Source of the DNA: Corallochytrium limacisporum Hawaii
Lineage: Eukaryota > Protista > Pluriformea
Length of the DNA: 64,000 bases
Direction of reading: 5' to 3'
Assembly (NCBI GenBank): GCA_002811645.1
Contig: PDIP01000051.1
Location: 83,579-147,578, forward strand
Made by a program: the position numbers and the translations under genes. The notes beneath the pieces are model-generated. The model saw nothing but the letters and a program-made list of their open reading frames with translations, was not told the DNA's origin and ran no database searches. Shown here piece by piece: positions 33,613 through 44,635 of the stretch. Within the stretch, counting starts at the first letter, position 1, and every line of letters starts with the position of its first letter.

Positions 33613-36600
33613 TCAAATCTGCCACCACTTCTTAGCGGCTTGCTTCTCATTGTAGGCGCGAACGGTAGCTTCCAGACTCTGTGCATTGTCGGCCATGCGG
33701 TCCGTCTCGTCTGTGAGTTTGCTCAGCTTCTCACCACGCTCCTGGGCAGCGTTCAGCATGTGGCCGTAGGGATTGTTTGGGTCGGCGGCGCTCTTTCCGC
33801 CGGCTTGAGCTTGGATCTGAGCCAGGCGTGCAGCCTCTTGTTGCTCCTTGGCCTTGGCCCTCTGCTCGCGAGATTGTTGCAAGCGTTCCGGTACAGCTGC
33901 GGCGTTGCCTCCCTTGAAGACAGTGGAGTAGTCCAGGGACGGGGCAGCACCAGTCTTCTTCATGATGGTGTTGCCAATGTTGGCAAGAGCCCCCATTGCA
34001 CTCTTACCGGGTTGTTGTTGCCTCAGTTCGTCTTCCACTGCCCTCAGATTTGTGTACAGAGAGCCGTGCTGGCGCTGAATGTGTGTTTTGTCCACCGAAT
34101 AGGTGGCAAAATACCGAGCCATACGATTCTTTGTGATGGTCCAGAGAGTGCCGTCCTGCAGCATACCCACGAGACGATCTTTCTCGTAGTCCGGAACATT
34201 CACAGTGGCCAGCTTTTTGAGGCCTGGAATTGCGTAACCATCACACTGTCCCTTGTTGATCGCAGACACCGTCCAGATAATACCACAGTTCTTCATAGTC
34301 TGGGACACGAAGCGCCGACGATCATCAGAAGTGAAACTGACCCCAGCGACTTGGACGCCCTTATGAGTATGGTAGGTCCGAAGACCGTCGGCATGGCACA
34401 CTGTCAAGTAGTACTCGACACCGGCATCTTGTACAGTTATGGGAGTGGTACCCTCTTCCGTGTCCATCACTGGCACTGGTGTAATACCAGTCTGTGTGCA
34501 CATTTGTCCATTTGGAAGCGAAATGTATGCGTCTAGGACAGACTGGTCCATGCGGTCATTACAGCGGAAGTGTGTGTAAATGTCAGTAACCAAGCGGGCA
34601 TCTGCACCAATCTTAAATCCTACAAGGTGACCCTCCGCTGTGCCAATGAGGAGGAGGTCTGAGGGAATCCCATCGGGCACAGCGGCATTGTCCGGATGCT
34701 GGACAAACTTAATCATGGTGATACGGTCTGAAATAGGTTCCGAGAACTGCACATTTTCCAGTACAGCGGCACGAATCAGGTCACGCAGAGTACCTCCATG
34801 GAGCAGAGTGCCTGTCGGACAATGCACGATGGTGAGCATATTCCGGCTACTGTAGCAGATCATGCGCGTTGTGTGTCCAACCGAACCTACATGGGTCTCA
34901 CCGTGGAGCTCGTCAGTCCTGAAGTGGGTCGGCATAATGAAACCCCGCAAACGAAGCTTTCCAACTTCTTTACCCATGCCCAATATTGTTTCTGATTGCT
35001 TCGGGCTATTGTCCACCTCTGACGGTCTCGTGGCTGGTTCAGACGCTTCCGGGGTGACTCCCTTCGTTACTTTCACAGATGTCTGCCCGCGTGGTGTCAT
35101 ATTCTCGAAAAGGTATCCCGCTGCTTCATTCACATCACCGTCAAATTTGTTCAAGGTGCGTACCACGTCGGGCTGGGCGAATCCATAGCCGATGAGCTGC
35201 TGTAGCTTTTCTGGGTCATGGTCCGTCTCAACCTCAGACTCCACTGGCTCCTTGCTTGAATATTCTTCGCTGTCATTAGCCGGAATTTCAGCGGAGGCTT
35301 CAACAGGAGCTTCAGCAGGAGCTTCAGCAGGAGTGTCAGCAGGAGTATCAGCAGGAGTATCAGCAGGAGTATCAGCAGGAGTGTCAGCAGGAGTATCAGC
35401 AGGAGTTCCAGACGGTGTGGCAGGATCCGATTGATAGTCAGAAACGGTGTCACGTGTAAGCTGCCCCTCCTTCGAATTGCGCTTTTCCGGTTCCTCGCTC
35501 TTGGAGCGGCCACCGAAGATCTTCTTGATACCCTTCACCTTCATCTTCCGCCCTGGACTCTTACCGCGCTTGCTGCTTCCTTCACCACCGGCGGTGCTGT
35601 CAGCAGTCTCCCTGAGACTCAGAGCATCAGCGATCTTGCCCCCAAATTCCTCCATTTTCTGTCCTGCTTCGTCAAACTTCTCTTTGATGGAGTCTGTCAC
35701 TGGTGATTCCGGTGGGAAGGCATATTCATTGATGCGGTTTGGATCGCTGCGGGCGAGAACAAAAAAGCAGCGTGTACCAGTCTGAGGAGATGGTTTTGCA
35801 TCCTCTGGTTGAATCTTCATTATTGTTGCGCAGCCACCACGATTAACCAGGATTATGATACCTTCATGCGCAATGTAATCAGCAATAGCGACCCCTCCTG
35901 ATTCTGCACCCTCGGCGATCCTCGTCTTGAGACCATGATTAGGCAAACTGCTCTCTATCACGAAGTCCGCCAACATGCGCTGATTAACGTGCAAAAGGCA
36001 CAGTAATCTTCCACCGGAAGAAAAATTCAGGGACACTCGCCCTGCAGCATCCCCAACCAGCAAGAGATGACCTTTGGGAATGGGCGGTGAGTTTTCTGTG
36101 AATCCATACGAAGAGCCTCCCGTGATCGGCCACTGGTCTCCACCTACAAAGCCATTGTACGGTAGCACACTGCGACCGCCAGCGCGCAGCAATCGCAAGG
36201 TCTGATTAGAGACTACATCCACAGACTTTGCATAAGCAATGGCGACGGAAGGAACCGCACCAAGAGAATACGGCCAGGGACACTGCTGCCATCGCGTTTC
36301 ATCTGCAAGGAATACGCGCAAGTGCTCACTCAATACCCATAGAGAGAGCTTTTCTTGAACCTGGGCAACCCAAATACTCTTTGGTGCCTTAGGAAGATAT
36401 ACAGCCTTTTCACGACCATTGTTGAGAATGACGGTGAGCTTGTACTGTCCTTCTGGCGTATCCGGGTGCTCGCCGCCCACCACGGCAATCATCTTGCTAG
36501 TTGAAGTGTACCGAGAGGCAATGAAACTGACTTTACGGGCATCAAGCCAAGCCGCAAGGTCAGTTCCACTGCCAGTGGTTGAAAGACCAATGGGTGCGTG

Positions 36601-37455
36601 TGAGTGGGTCTGGGTGGCGAGATTCCATGTGAACAAATCCCCACTACTGTACCCCGCATACACATCTGTTGCATTGGCATTCCAGTCCACGCACAAACAC
36701 ACAGTGTCATGCGGATGAATGAAAAAGTGCACTGCTTTGCGAATTTTCAGATCCCAGATCGTCAGCAGTCCCTTTTCAAAGCCAACCGCGAGCGCATTCG
36801 GCAGCTTTCTTTCGTTTACAGCCATGCAAGTCACTGGCCCAGGGTTCATCTTGCTCAGACCCATGGACGGCACCATATCGTTCCAATTAATTTCGTAGCC
36901 ACTCACTATTACCATCATAGCCTTCATGCTAGAACCACCTTCTGTTTCAACCTTGGCCACACGCACATTGCCCCTGTTTGTGCCAATCAGGATAAATTTG
37001 CCCCTATCTAGGGCCAAGATCGCAGTAATGCTGCCCCGACTGTCAACTCCTTGTGTCAGAGACTGTACTAATGTGCCCTGTTGAACTGGTGCATTGGGAT
37101 TGGTGAGTGAGTCGGACGGTCGACAACTGACCAAGTGCAGTGTATTGTTTGTTTGTACGGCACAGAACAACCCGGTCCCTTCCACGGCCACCAAATATTT
37201 AACACCGAACAAACCATCGCCTGGCAGTTGCACCTGGCGCGGAGATGGCCCTGAAGGTGCCCCGTACATCGTCACCACACCATTTTTATCGCCCACGGCT
37301 AGGATTCCCTGCTCGCCGTCGATAGCAAAGCACTCTACTGTTCCCGAGGTGCCCTTGATAGCGACTTGTGTTGTTTGGAATTCCATGAGGGAGGCCTGGG
37401 CCTCGATCATTGTAGGGGCCGGAGCCTGCAGCCCCGAAGTAAACTTGCCTAGCAT
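33613..37455 (-). CDS. Tomosyn/Lgl-family WD40 protein with C-terminal R-SNARE motif and internal UBA domain
   Basis: WD40 repeats, ERGEKLSKLTDETDRMADNA...KKWWQI (tomosyn-type end), and UBA-like KLQQLIGYGF..VVRTL..DGDVNEAAGYLF. Confidence 0.88.
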   Translation of the reverse strand: MLGKFTSGLQAPAPTMIEAQASLMEFQTTQVAIKGTSGTVECFAIDGEQGILAVGDKNGVVTMYGAPSGPSPRQVQLPGDGLFGVKYLVAVEGTGLFCAVQTNNTLHLVSCRPSDSLTNPNAPVQQGTLVQSLTQGVDSRGSITAILALDRGKFILIGTNRGNVRVAKVETEGGSSMKAMMVIVSGYEINWNDMVPSMGLSKMNPGPVTCMAVNERKLPNALAVGFEKGLLTIWDLKIRKAVHFFIHPHDTVCLCVDWNANATDVYAGYSSGDLFTWNLATQTHSHAPIGLSTTGSGTDLAAWLDARKVSFIASRYTSTSKMIAVVGGEHPDTPEGQYKLTVILNNGREKAVYLPKAPKSIWVAQVQEKLSLWVLSEHLRVFLADETRWQQCPWPYSLGAVPSVAIAYAKSVDVVSNQTLRLLRAGGRSVLPYNGFVGGDQWPITGGSSYGFTENSPPIPKGHLLLVGDAAGRVSLNFSSGGRLLCLLHVNQRMLADFVIESSLPNHGLKTRIAEGAESGGVAIADYIAHEGIIILVNRGGCATIMKIQPEDAKPSPQTGTRCFFVLARSDPNRINEYAFPPESPVTDSIKEKFDEAGQKMEEFGGKIADALSLRETADSTAGGEGSSKRGKSPGRKMKVKGIKKIFGGRSKSEEPEKRNSKEGQLTRDTVSDYQSDPATPSGTPADTPADTPADTPADTPADTPADTPAEAPAEAPVEASAEIPANDSEEYSSKEPVESEVETDHDPEKLQQLIGYGFAQPDVVRTLNKFDGDVNEAAGYLFENMTPRGQTSVKVTKGVTPEASEPATRPSEVDNSPKQSETILGMGKEVGKLRLRGFIMPTHFRTDELHGETHVGSVGHTTRMICYSSRNMLTIVHCPTGTLLHGGTLRDLIRAAVLENVQFSEPISDRITMIKFVQHPDNAAVPDGIPSDLLLIGTAEGHLVGFKIGADARLVTDIYTHFRCNDRMDQSVLDAYISLPNGQMCTQTGITPVPVMDTEEGTTPITVQDAGVEYYLTVCHADGLRTYHTHKGVQVAGVSFTSDDRRRFVSQTMKNCGIIWTVSAINKGQCDGYAIPGLKKLATVNVPDYEKDRLVGMLQDGTLWTITKNRMARYFATYSVDKTHIQRQHGSLYTNLRAVEDELRQQQPGKSAMGALANIGNTIMKKTGAAPSLDYSTVFKGGNAAAVPERLQQSREQRAKAKEQQEAARLAQIQAQAGGKSAADPNNPYGHMLNAAQERGEKLSKLTDETDRMADNAQSLEATVRAYNEKQAAKKWWQI
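35300..35406 (-). repeat. 12-bp coding tandem repeat (TPAD/APAE)
   Basis: (cagcaggagtat/gt) and (cagcaggagctt) units, about 8-9 copies. Confidence 0.9.
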
Positions 37456-38991
37456 GGCTAAGTCACCAAGCTGAAAGCAAGATGCAGCTGCTCTGTCCGC
37501 TACCTGTTCCGTATGTAGGGATTTATTTGTCCTAGATCTCAGATCGTATGGGCAAGTACGGGCCGCAATTCCAAAAACCCCATACTCATCTCAAAATTAG
37601 CCTAAGGCCAAGTCGACCTTCTTTGCTAGAACCATACTCATCCTTCTAGTACCACTATGGCGTGGCAACCCGACAAACCCCTAAGGTCCCCCTAAAAGAA
37701 TGAGTCCCCTGAATTTGGCAACCCTCCCTACGCCCTGCATGCATACTGGGACACTGCCGAACCGAAAACATATCATCGCGGGTGGGTAGCAACTACGTCC
37801 TCTGTCCAGCGGGTTTCCCGGAAGGGAACTATTGGCAGCAAGACCTGGCGCTGTTTCAAAAGCAATCTCATAGTGTTTCACAGGCCTCTGAATCCCGAAT
37901 GTGATTTTCCCTCTCAATTCCCTAGAGATCCTGGTTTGGGTACGCTACTAATGGGAAAACATGAGCAAACTTCAATGGAATCTTATCTGCACCGTGAGGG
38001 GTCGGGGAAACCCGCCAACGGATCAAAACGGTACGCCTAAACAAATTTCAGTCGCGCACAAAGTATATGATATCCCTTCTAGCATTCTAGATATATGAAA
38101 TTATACTTACCATATACAGGCTTGAAAAGCATGGCATTGTGTAATGCATGTCCTGTATGTAACATATAGTGTGTGTCAAAGGTGTTGAGTAAATACAGAG
38201 CAGTACTATGAAATCGCATTGAATCGAGGTTGGGTAAGCATGCTATTCAATTCAATTGTTTTATTACTACATAATTGAATTTTAATCTCTTGAAAACTGG
38301 ATGGGCACTAGGGATTGACATAATCGCTGTAGTATGATTTGATCCAGTATTTCGCGATTTGTAAAGTAAACACCTGAACACAATACAGTGATGCATACAC
38401 GGTTGAAAATGATGGGCTATCGGTGTATGGTGTCTTTCATGTGATTTAGTGACCCGAGAAAATCACTCTGACAGTATCAAGCAAATTTTGGTTTCTGCGT
38501 TATGTTCGTCGGTCGTCCTTACGTTGGAAATTGGGAATATTCGAAGAGGTCTTTGTTGGATGACCGTTATAGTGTACGTATATGCGCAAGTGTATTGGAT
38601 TTTACTGCTGCAGGGTAAAACAGTTACCTCCCTCCATTGGCCGCTCTTGATCCTGATCCCTTCATTTATGAAGTGGACTTCCTACTACCAAGACCGACTA
38701 GTGTGTGTACTTGAGTACTTTGAGTGGGTCGTACCCTCTCCAATGTTGCCGCTCGCACATACCAACGCGATTGGCAGGAGTTTGAAAAAAGACTCCCCTT
38801 CCAAGTAGTGAAGCACCGAGAGGAGAAAATAGAAAAGAAAAAGCCACTTCTCTGTGACTTTAGCGGTGGTTTAGAGTGTTGGAGGTACTTTCGAGATGGA
38901 ACTTCTGTAAACTTGTCCAGTTGCGTACTACACAAAGATCTGTCCGTGTGTGACGTCAAGATCATTTCCGTTCGACAGATCTTGATACAGT

Positions 38992-40707
38992 ATGGGCAAC
39001 TCAAAAAGCAGCCAGAAGAAGGCTGCTAAGAAGCAGATGGCAGGATTCGTACCTGAGGCTAAGACAACAGTTCTTGTGCTCCGTGACAAACACAACCAGA
39101 TACCGAAATCCACTATTCTGCAGCACTTTCGATGCTGTAATAATACACATATAGGTATGGCTCTCTGGAATATGGTTGAGAAGGAGGTGAACGAGAATGT
39201 AGGAACAGCTAATGCTATGGTTGTGGCGCACGTACTCAGTCGTTTTCTGGAGGAGATGTCGGACGACCTTAAGTTGTTGCAGATGGTTTATGGGACACTC
39301 TTCATGGAGGATACCCAGGATGAAGGCAATATCAGTGTGGAACACGTTCGCAATAAACTAGATCCGGTGCTAAATGAGGCGTTCACATACGCCTTTGTGC
39401 AAGGTCAGATCAAAGCGCTGTCCGCAGGTACAGACGACGGCAATGATAGTGCGGCCGCACTGACGTCGCAGCAGCAACAGTCGGCAATCGGGGCTGGATC
39501 TGCTTTACTTGCGGCCCACAATGAATTAGACGCTATTCAAGCCACATACGCCTCCGGTGCTGAGGCAGAGGCCACAGTTTTGGCTGAAAAGGACACACAC
39601 GGTGTTTTCGTGGCCCTGAAAGAGACACTGGTTGATTCAATCGCGAAACACGGCTCTGCCAAGCAAGGATTGTTTCTCGCGGCTCTGCGAACCCATTGTC
39701 CGCGGTTATTGGACCCTTTGCGAGAATGGGTACAGTTCTGCGTGACTGTTAAAGTGAGGGCGACTGCGCATTTGATCCACCGCAGCAAGCGTAAAGCCGT
39801 GGGCGAGGCACCTCTGGGAGAGATTCCGGTTGTCTCAGAGGCGGAGGCGGCCAGGGCCAGGGCCCATGCAACGCAGGAAACGAACATGGCTGTAGTGCGA
39901 CAGCATTTGTTCCTTCCAGTCCTCCTGGAGGAAGAGGACGCGGGACGGCTTGACCATGATGCGGGATTTCTTATGGACAAACACATTGCCTTCATGTTAG
40001 CTACCATTCTACCTTCGGAGTATTTGGTACGCAACCTGCGCCAAATTAGATACAACGAAGCACATGTGCCCGAAGTTAGGGCCTGGGTCCCACTCTACAA
40101 TTCACGGTCCCAAGGACTGAGCATGAACCAGATTCGCAAGTATGTTTTTGGGTACAACGCACCAATGATTTGGCTGGTAGAATTCTCGGTGCCGGCCCTA
40201 GAAGCTGCCCAGGAACCGAAGCGGTACATTGGCGGCGTTTGTGTGCCAGAACAATTGCTAGAGTCAAAGGAGACCAACCAACTTAAGAACACAGAGCTGA
40301 CAGGTCTCTTCATTCTCTGTCCAAAGACCGACGTGACCATGATGACGGAGAAGCAACAGGCGCAGTTCTACTTCTGCAGCAGAAGCCATCGGTCCAAACA
40401 CGGTGTCGGCCTGGGGGATCAGCCCAACTTGGAGCAAATGCGCTTCTGGCTGGACGGTGATCTGCGTCATGGTCATATAACAACACATACCGGCACGTTC
40501 ATGATGGATTCCGTGTACTCTGTCGAAATCTGGGGTTGCGGTGATGAGGACACTCTGGCCTACCAGAAACGCATGCAGCGAAGGGACAAGGCATTGATCC
40601 AGAAACTCAAGGCAGGTCCGAGACCAGCCTGGCAGGATGATCCAGATAAGTTCCTCTTAGAATTAGCAGGGATTCGCACAGACCACAGTGAACGCGTTGA
40701 TGTGTAG
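38992..40707 (+). CDS. N-myristoylated TLDc-domain protein (RTC5/MEAK7-like)
   Basis: MGNSKS N-terminus, TLDc motifs (LYNSRSQGLSMN, YIGG, GVGLG, VEIWGCG) and C-terminal DKFLLELAG. Confidence 0.85.
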   Translation: MGNSKSSQKKAAKKQMAGFVPEAKTTVLVLRDKHNQIPKSTILQHFRCCNNTHIGMALWNMVEKEVNENVGTANAMVVAHVLSRFLEEMSDDLKLLQMVYGTLFMEDTQDEGNISVEHVRNKLDPVLNEAFTYAFVQGQIKALSAGTDDGNDSAAALTSQQQQSAIGAGSALLAAHNELDAIQATYASGAEAEATVLAEKDTHGVFVALKETLVDSIAKHGSAKQGLFLAALRTHCPRLLDPLREWVQFCVTVKVRATAHLIHRSKRKAVGEAPLGEIPVVSEAEAARARAHATQETNMAVVRQHLFLPVLLEEEDAGRLDHDAGFLMDKHIAFMLATILPSEYLVRNLRQIRYNEAHVPEVRAWVPLYNSRSQGLSMNQIRKYVFGYNAPMIWLVEFSVPALEAAQEPKRYIGGVCVPEQLLESKETNQLKNTELTGLFILCPKTDVTMMTEKQQAQFYFCSRSHRSKHGVGLGDQPNLEQMRFWLDGDLRHGHITTHTGTFMMDSVYSVEIWGCGDEDTLAYQKRMQRRDKALIQKLKAGPRPAWQDDPDKFLLELAGIRTDHSERVDV

Positions 40708-42532
40708 CTTGAAAGTTCAACCGAAAGTGCCCCATCGCTGGTGACCCCAGCACAGACTGCTCCCCACCTCCGCTGGGATTGGCGGCATTGGTAGTTGATA
40801 AAGAGCATACGAATACACTGGTCAAGGACTCTTAGACAGATTAGCAAACTTCATATATTCAGTATGTATTTCCACATTGAATTTATCGCTATTGGTGGGC
40901 CCGACCGCAACTAATTGACATGTGGGTGCATACAGGGAAAAACGCTTGTGACAGCGGGTAGACTGGGGAAAATGATTCCAACCAATCACTTGGCGGGAAA
41001 TCTGCGAAGACCAGGAATGAGGAACAACCTCTAGAGAAGAGTGTGACAGGCTGGCTACCAGTTTGCAGAGATTTGTTCCACTATTGTCATCATCACCGGA
41101 AGTGTAAAAGCAACAGATGGACCATTTGATGCTCTACGATTACTGAGTTCTTCATAGACATCTATCCCATAAGCGTTTCAAGTGATGATAAAACTGAATA
41201 CAGGACAGTGTTGCATCGGCATACCCTGCGAGTCTATGGTTTGAATGTTTCAAGAGGGTATTAGACAGTGATGACATGTCTACATGTAGAAGCGTGTTAC
41301 CGGGGTTCTCCCTGCTTGGATCTGATGATGCTCAGTGACCATCAGAGCCAAACACATACCCATCTAGCCCTGTGTTGTCTCCGGCGGGCCGTGGTGTAAC
41401 AAGTGTAGAAGCGGCCTGCGTGTGAGGGGGTTGCCAAATTCAGCCAATCAGCACCCGATATTCCCCAATCGGAAAAGGCGGGGTGGAGGGGGGCTTACTG
41501 TTGGCTGGTGAACACTCGCTGTGAAACGAGACAGTTGAGCCGAGAGAGGTTGAAGGAAGGGAACGGACGGCCCTTGCCCCAGGGAAACGGAAGAAAAATT
41601 TAGTATCTTCTTATTTGGCATGGGTACGCAGACTCTGAAGTTCTGGCTGCTCCGGGGCTTCTCATAGTGAATACTTCGAGGTTTTGTTCGCACTGTTCCA
41701 AGGGAGCGCGTCCGGACTATCTTGTCGACAAGGGCAACAGCGGGGAAGAGTGTGTGCCGCTCCCCCGGTTCGGTGAAGACTCGAACTGGTGGGGTTCGCA
41801 ACAACCACACCCCTCTTCTTGACTCTGGGATTTGGTTGTATACCTTTTGCCTTACTGAATATATGACCGTTATGGTGACCACGGTTGATGGGCCGAATGA
41901 TGTGTTCGACCGGGATCCCCGGCGGCGAACGAAACACGCTCCTCTTCGACCACTGCGTTGTGCGCACTCAAAGGCATTGCACGCAGGTGTGTATAGTAAG
42001 AGTATAACATTTTGCACTAAAGCGTTGAACAGAGGGGGAGGACAGGGAGTGAAAGGGAAAGGGCACCCTGGATTTCAAACTGAGTACCAAAGTCCTTCGG
42101 CAGGCATGGATGAATGTGCAAAAAATTACGGTTTATCAGCTCCTTTTTCCCATTGCTGTTTACTCGGTGCTGCCCTTGTTTCTCGCACCTTTCTATTGTC
42201 AATTGTGGTGTCCCTGCAACCGTGCCAGTGAGTGCGGGGCGGACAGTGCCTGAATTCTTCCATATTCTGGTGTCCTTTGCCAACTAATCAGCTATATGAA
42301 AGATCGCAACAGCCGCAACGTGGAGAAATTCGTTAAATTTCCATTCTGTGATTATGTGTGTGTGTGCCTTTCCGTTGCGAAAGTGCCTTTCCGTTTGTAT
42401 ATTCACCGTGAACGTGCGAGTGTGAGAGTATTGTCCAGAGAAAAAGCGGTAGCGGGACTGCCCTTTTGACAACTACACACAGACTTTAAATACTTTACTA
42501 TAGGCGGGTTTTAAAGAAGCAAACTATCAATC

Positions 42533-44305
42533 ATGTCTCTCGAAGGTCTGAACAAGATGAGCCCTCAATCCAAGGCCGTCCTTCTGGAGGCTGAGGTTGA
42601 GGCCTACGCCGAGCACTTCAATGTCTGTCTGACTGACGAAGATCTGTGCGGCAACGCTCTGCCCATTGAGCCTGCCCAGAACATTTTCGAGGCTGTCAAG
42701 GACGGTTGCCTCTTGGCCGGTTTCATTCATGAAATCCGCCCTCAGGCCCTCGAGCCCAAAAAGATCAAGAAGGGTCCTTTCAAGAATGACCAGGTCAAGC
42801 TCTTCGAGACCACTGAGAACCACAACTACACACTGCAATGCGCAAAGCAGCTGGGCATTGTTGTCGTGAATGTCGGCGCAGAGGACATGAGAAGTGGCAG
42901 CATGGATAACCCCGATCTGGTCCTGGGAGTGATCTGGCAGCTGATCAGGTTCCACCTGCTTAGTGACGTCAATTTGATCAATACTCCGGAACTCATTCGT
43001 CTGATGGAGAAGGGCGAGACTCTCAAAGATATGCTCGACCTGACTTCTGAGCAGCTGCTGATTCGCTGGATGAACTATCACCTGCGCCGCAGTGGCAGTG
43101 AACTGCGTGCTTCTAACTTCACCTCGGATCTTACTGACTCTACCGTCTTTGCCCAGGTCATGTGTCAGATCTGCCCCGGCATGGTGGACGAGGAGAAGCT
43201 GCTGAGCTTTGAGGCTCGGGGTCTGAGCAAAGAGGAACGCGCGCAGATTATCCTCGAGCAGGCGGAGGCCATTGGTTGCAAGAAGTTTGCCAGTGTAAAG
43301 GCTATTGTCAACGGCAGTGGTCGTCTCAACCTGGGTTTCACGGCTACTCTCTTCAACAACCACATGGGCATCAGTCTGCCCACAGAGGAAGAGATTGCGG
43401 AGATGAAGCGTCGCATTGCTGAGTTGGAAGCTGAGGTTGACGCCTTGAAGGCCAAGCTGCGGGAGATGGAGAATGAAAACAAGGATCTGCAGGCCAAGTA
43501 CAGCAAGGCCTCTTCCGAATTGGAGTCTCTGCGCGCATCTGAGGCGAGCCTGAAGGAGCAGCTGGCCTCTGCCCAAGAATTGAACAAGCGTTTGTCTTCT
43601 GAACTGGACAGCACCAAGACCGCCCTGGAGGACACGAACGTCCGTCTCACAAGCCAAGAGAAGCAGAACGCCGATCTTGTCGCGGCCTACAAGGAGCTTG
43701 AGGGCTGGCATGAGGAACTCAAGTTGGCCAGCTCCAAGAACATGGACGAGCTCCAGAAGACTACCATGCAGAAGCTCGAAGACTCCATGAAGCAGCACAA
43801 GGAGGCCATGGAGCAGAAGGAAGCCGAGAAAGAGGCAGCCTTGGAGGCCGCACGCAAGAATGCCGCTGAAGAGGCCGCTGCTGCCAAGGAAAGGTACGAG
43901 GCTCTCGAGGCTCGCTTGGCCGATGAGGAAGCCCGCCACGCCGACACACAAAAGGCTCTGGACGACGAGCGTGCCCGCTTCGAGCAGCTCCTGCGTGACA
44001 CGCTCAAGACGGTCCGTACCAATATCTGGGAATCTGAGGACAAATGTCAGACCGCCGAGAAGGAGTCTGAGGACGATGAGGTGCACCACGCAGACCGCAT
44101 TCTGAAGCTGACCGAGGCCTATGTCTCTTCTGCGGAGAGCAAGATGGACACCCAGGCCACTACTCTGAAGCAGATGAAGCGCATGAACGAACTGATCGCG
44201 GACAAGGTCAAGACCTACTCTGAGCAGCTCATTGACATCCGCAAGAAGACCGATCCCAAGAAGCGTTCCATTGCTAACCTGGTCAAGCTGAGGGGCAGCA
44301 AGTAA
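42533..44305 (+). CDS. Fimbrin/plastin-type single actin-binding domain (2 CH) fused to a long coiled coil
   Basis: IFEAVKDGCLL, ENHN..L..AKQLGIVVVNVGAED, LVLGVIWQLIR, EQLLIRWMNYHL, NFTSDLTDS and LNLGFTATLFN, followed by about 290 aa of heptad-rich sequence. Confidence 0.9.
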   Translation: MSLEGLNKMSPQSKAVLLEAEVEAYAEHFNVCLTDEDLCGNALPIEPAQNIFEAVKDGCLLAGFIHEIRPQALEPKKIKKGPFKNDQVKLFETTENHNYTLQCAKQLGIVVVNVGAEDMRSGSMDNPDLVLGVIWQLIRFHLLSDVNLINTPELIRLMEKGETLKDMLDLTSEQLLIRWMNYHLRRSGSELRASNFTSDLTDSTVFAQVMCQICPGMVDEEKLLSFEARGLSKEERAQIILEQAEAIGCKKFASVKAIVNGSGRLNLGFTATLFNNHMGISLPTEEEIAEMKRRIAELEAEVDALKAKLREMENENKDLQAKYSKASSELESLRASEASLKEQLASAQELNKRLSSELDSTKTALEDTNVRLTSQEKQNADLVAAYKELEGWHEELKLASSKNMDELQKTTMQKLEDSMKQHKEAMEQKEAEKEAALEAARKNAAEEAAAAKERYEALEARLADEEARHADTQKALDDERARFEQLLRDTLKTVRTNIWESEDKCQTAEKESEDDEVHHADRILKLTEAYVSSAESKMDTQATTLKQMKRMNELIADKVKTYSEQLIDIRKKTDPKKRSIANLVKLRGSK

Positions 44306-44635
44306 AGAAACAAACAAGAGGCAAGCCCAATCCACTGAGCAGGGGGCACAATGATCAAAAACTCAAAAAGAACTCTAAACCCGCTTCTCCTGCTTCTCAG
44401 GGCTCTCAAAACCTCGTAACCAATAAAACCAATACTTCCGTCTCTCACAAGGAATTGTGAGCACTCCTCTCCTTTGAACCCAAGCCCAGGTCTCAAACCT
44501 ATGCATGTGAACAAACAGCGCACTATCGGCTTTATTCTGAAGGAGCCTCCGAGGGGACTCTCTGCTGGCAGAGTGATTCTCTTGCTTGAGAAGGCGGAGA
44601 AGAAAGTGTTTTCTCTATGTCGCTTTTTGTTGTCA

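Noticed and set aside
38400-39029. Frame with several TGA/TAA interruptions upstream of the TLDc gene
   Set aside because: Stop density is close to random and there is no recognisable homology.
41181-41325. GTGATGA...CTGA pairs resembling box C/D snoRNAs
   Set aside because: Spacing is short, there is no terminal stem, and I found no convincing rRNA-complementary guide.
42527-44335. 602-aa antisense ORF over the fimbrin-like gene (similar shadow ORFs at 6247-7110 and 33640-34536)
   Set aside because: Shadow of codon bias in the sense gene; no protein-like motifs.
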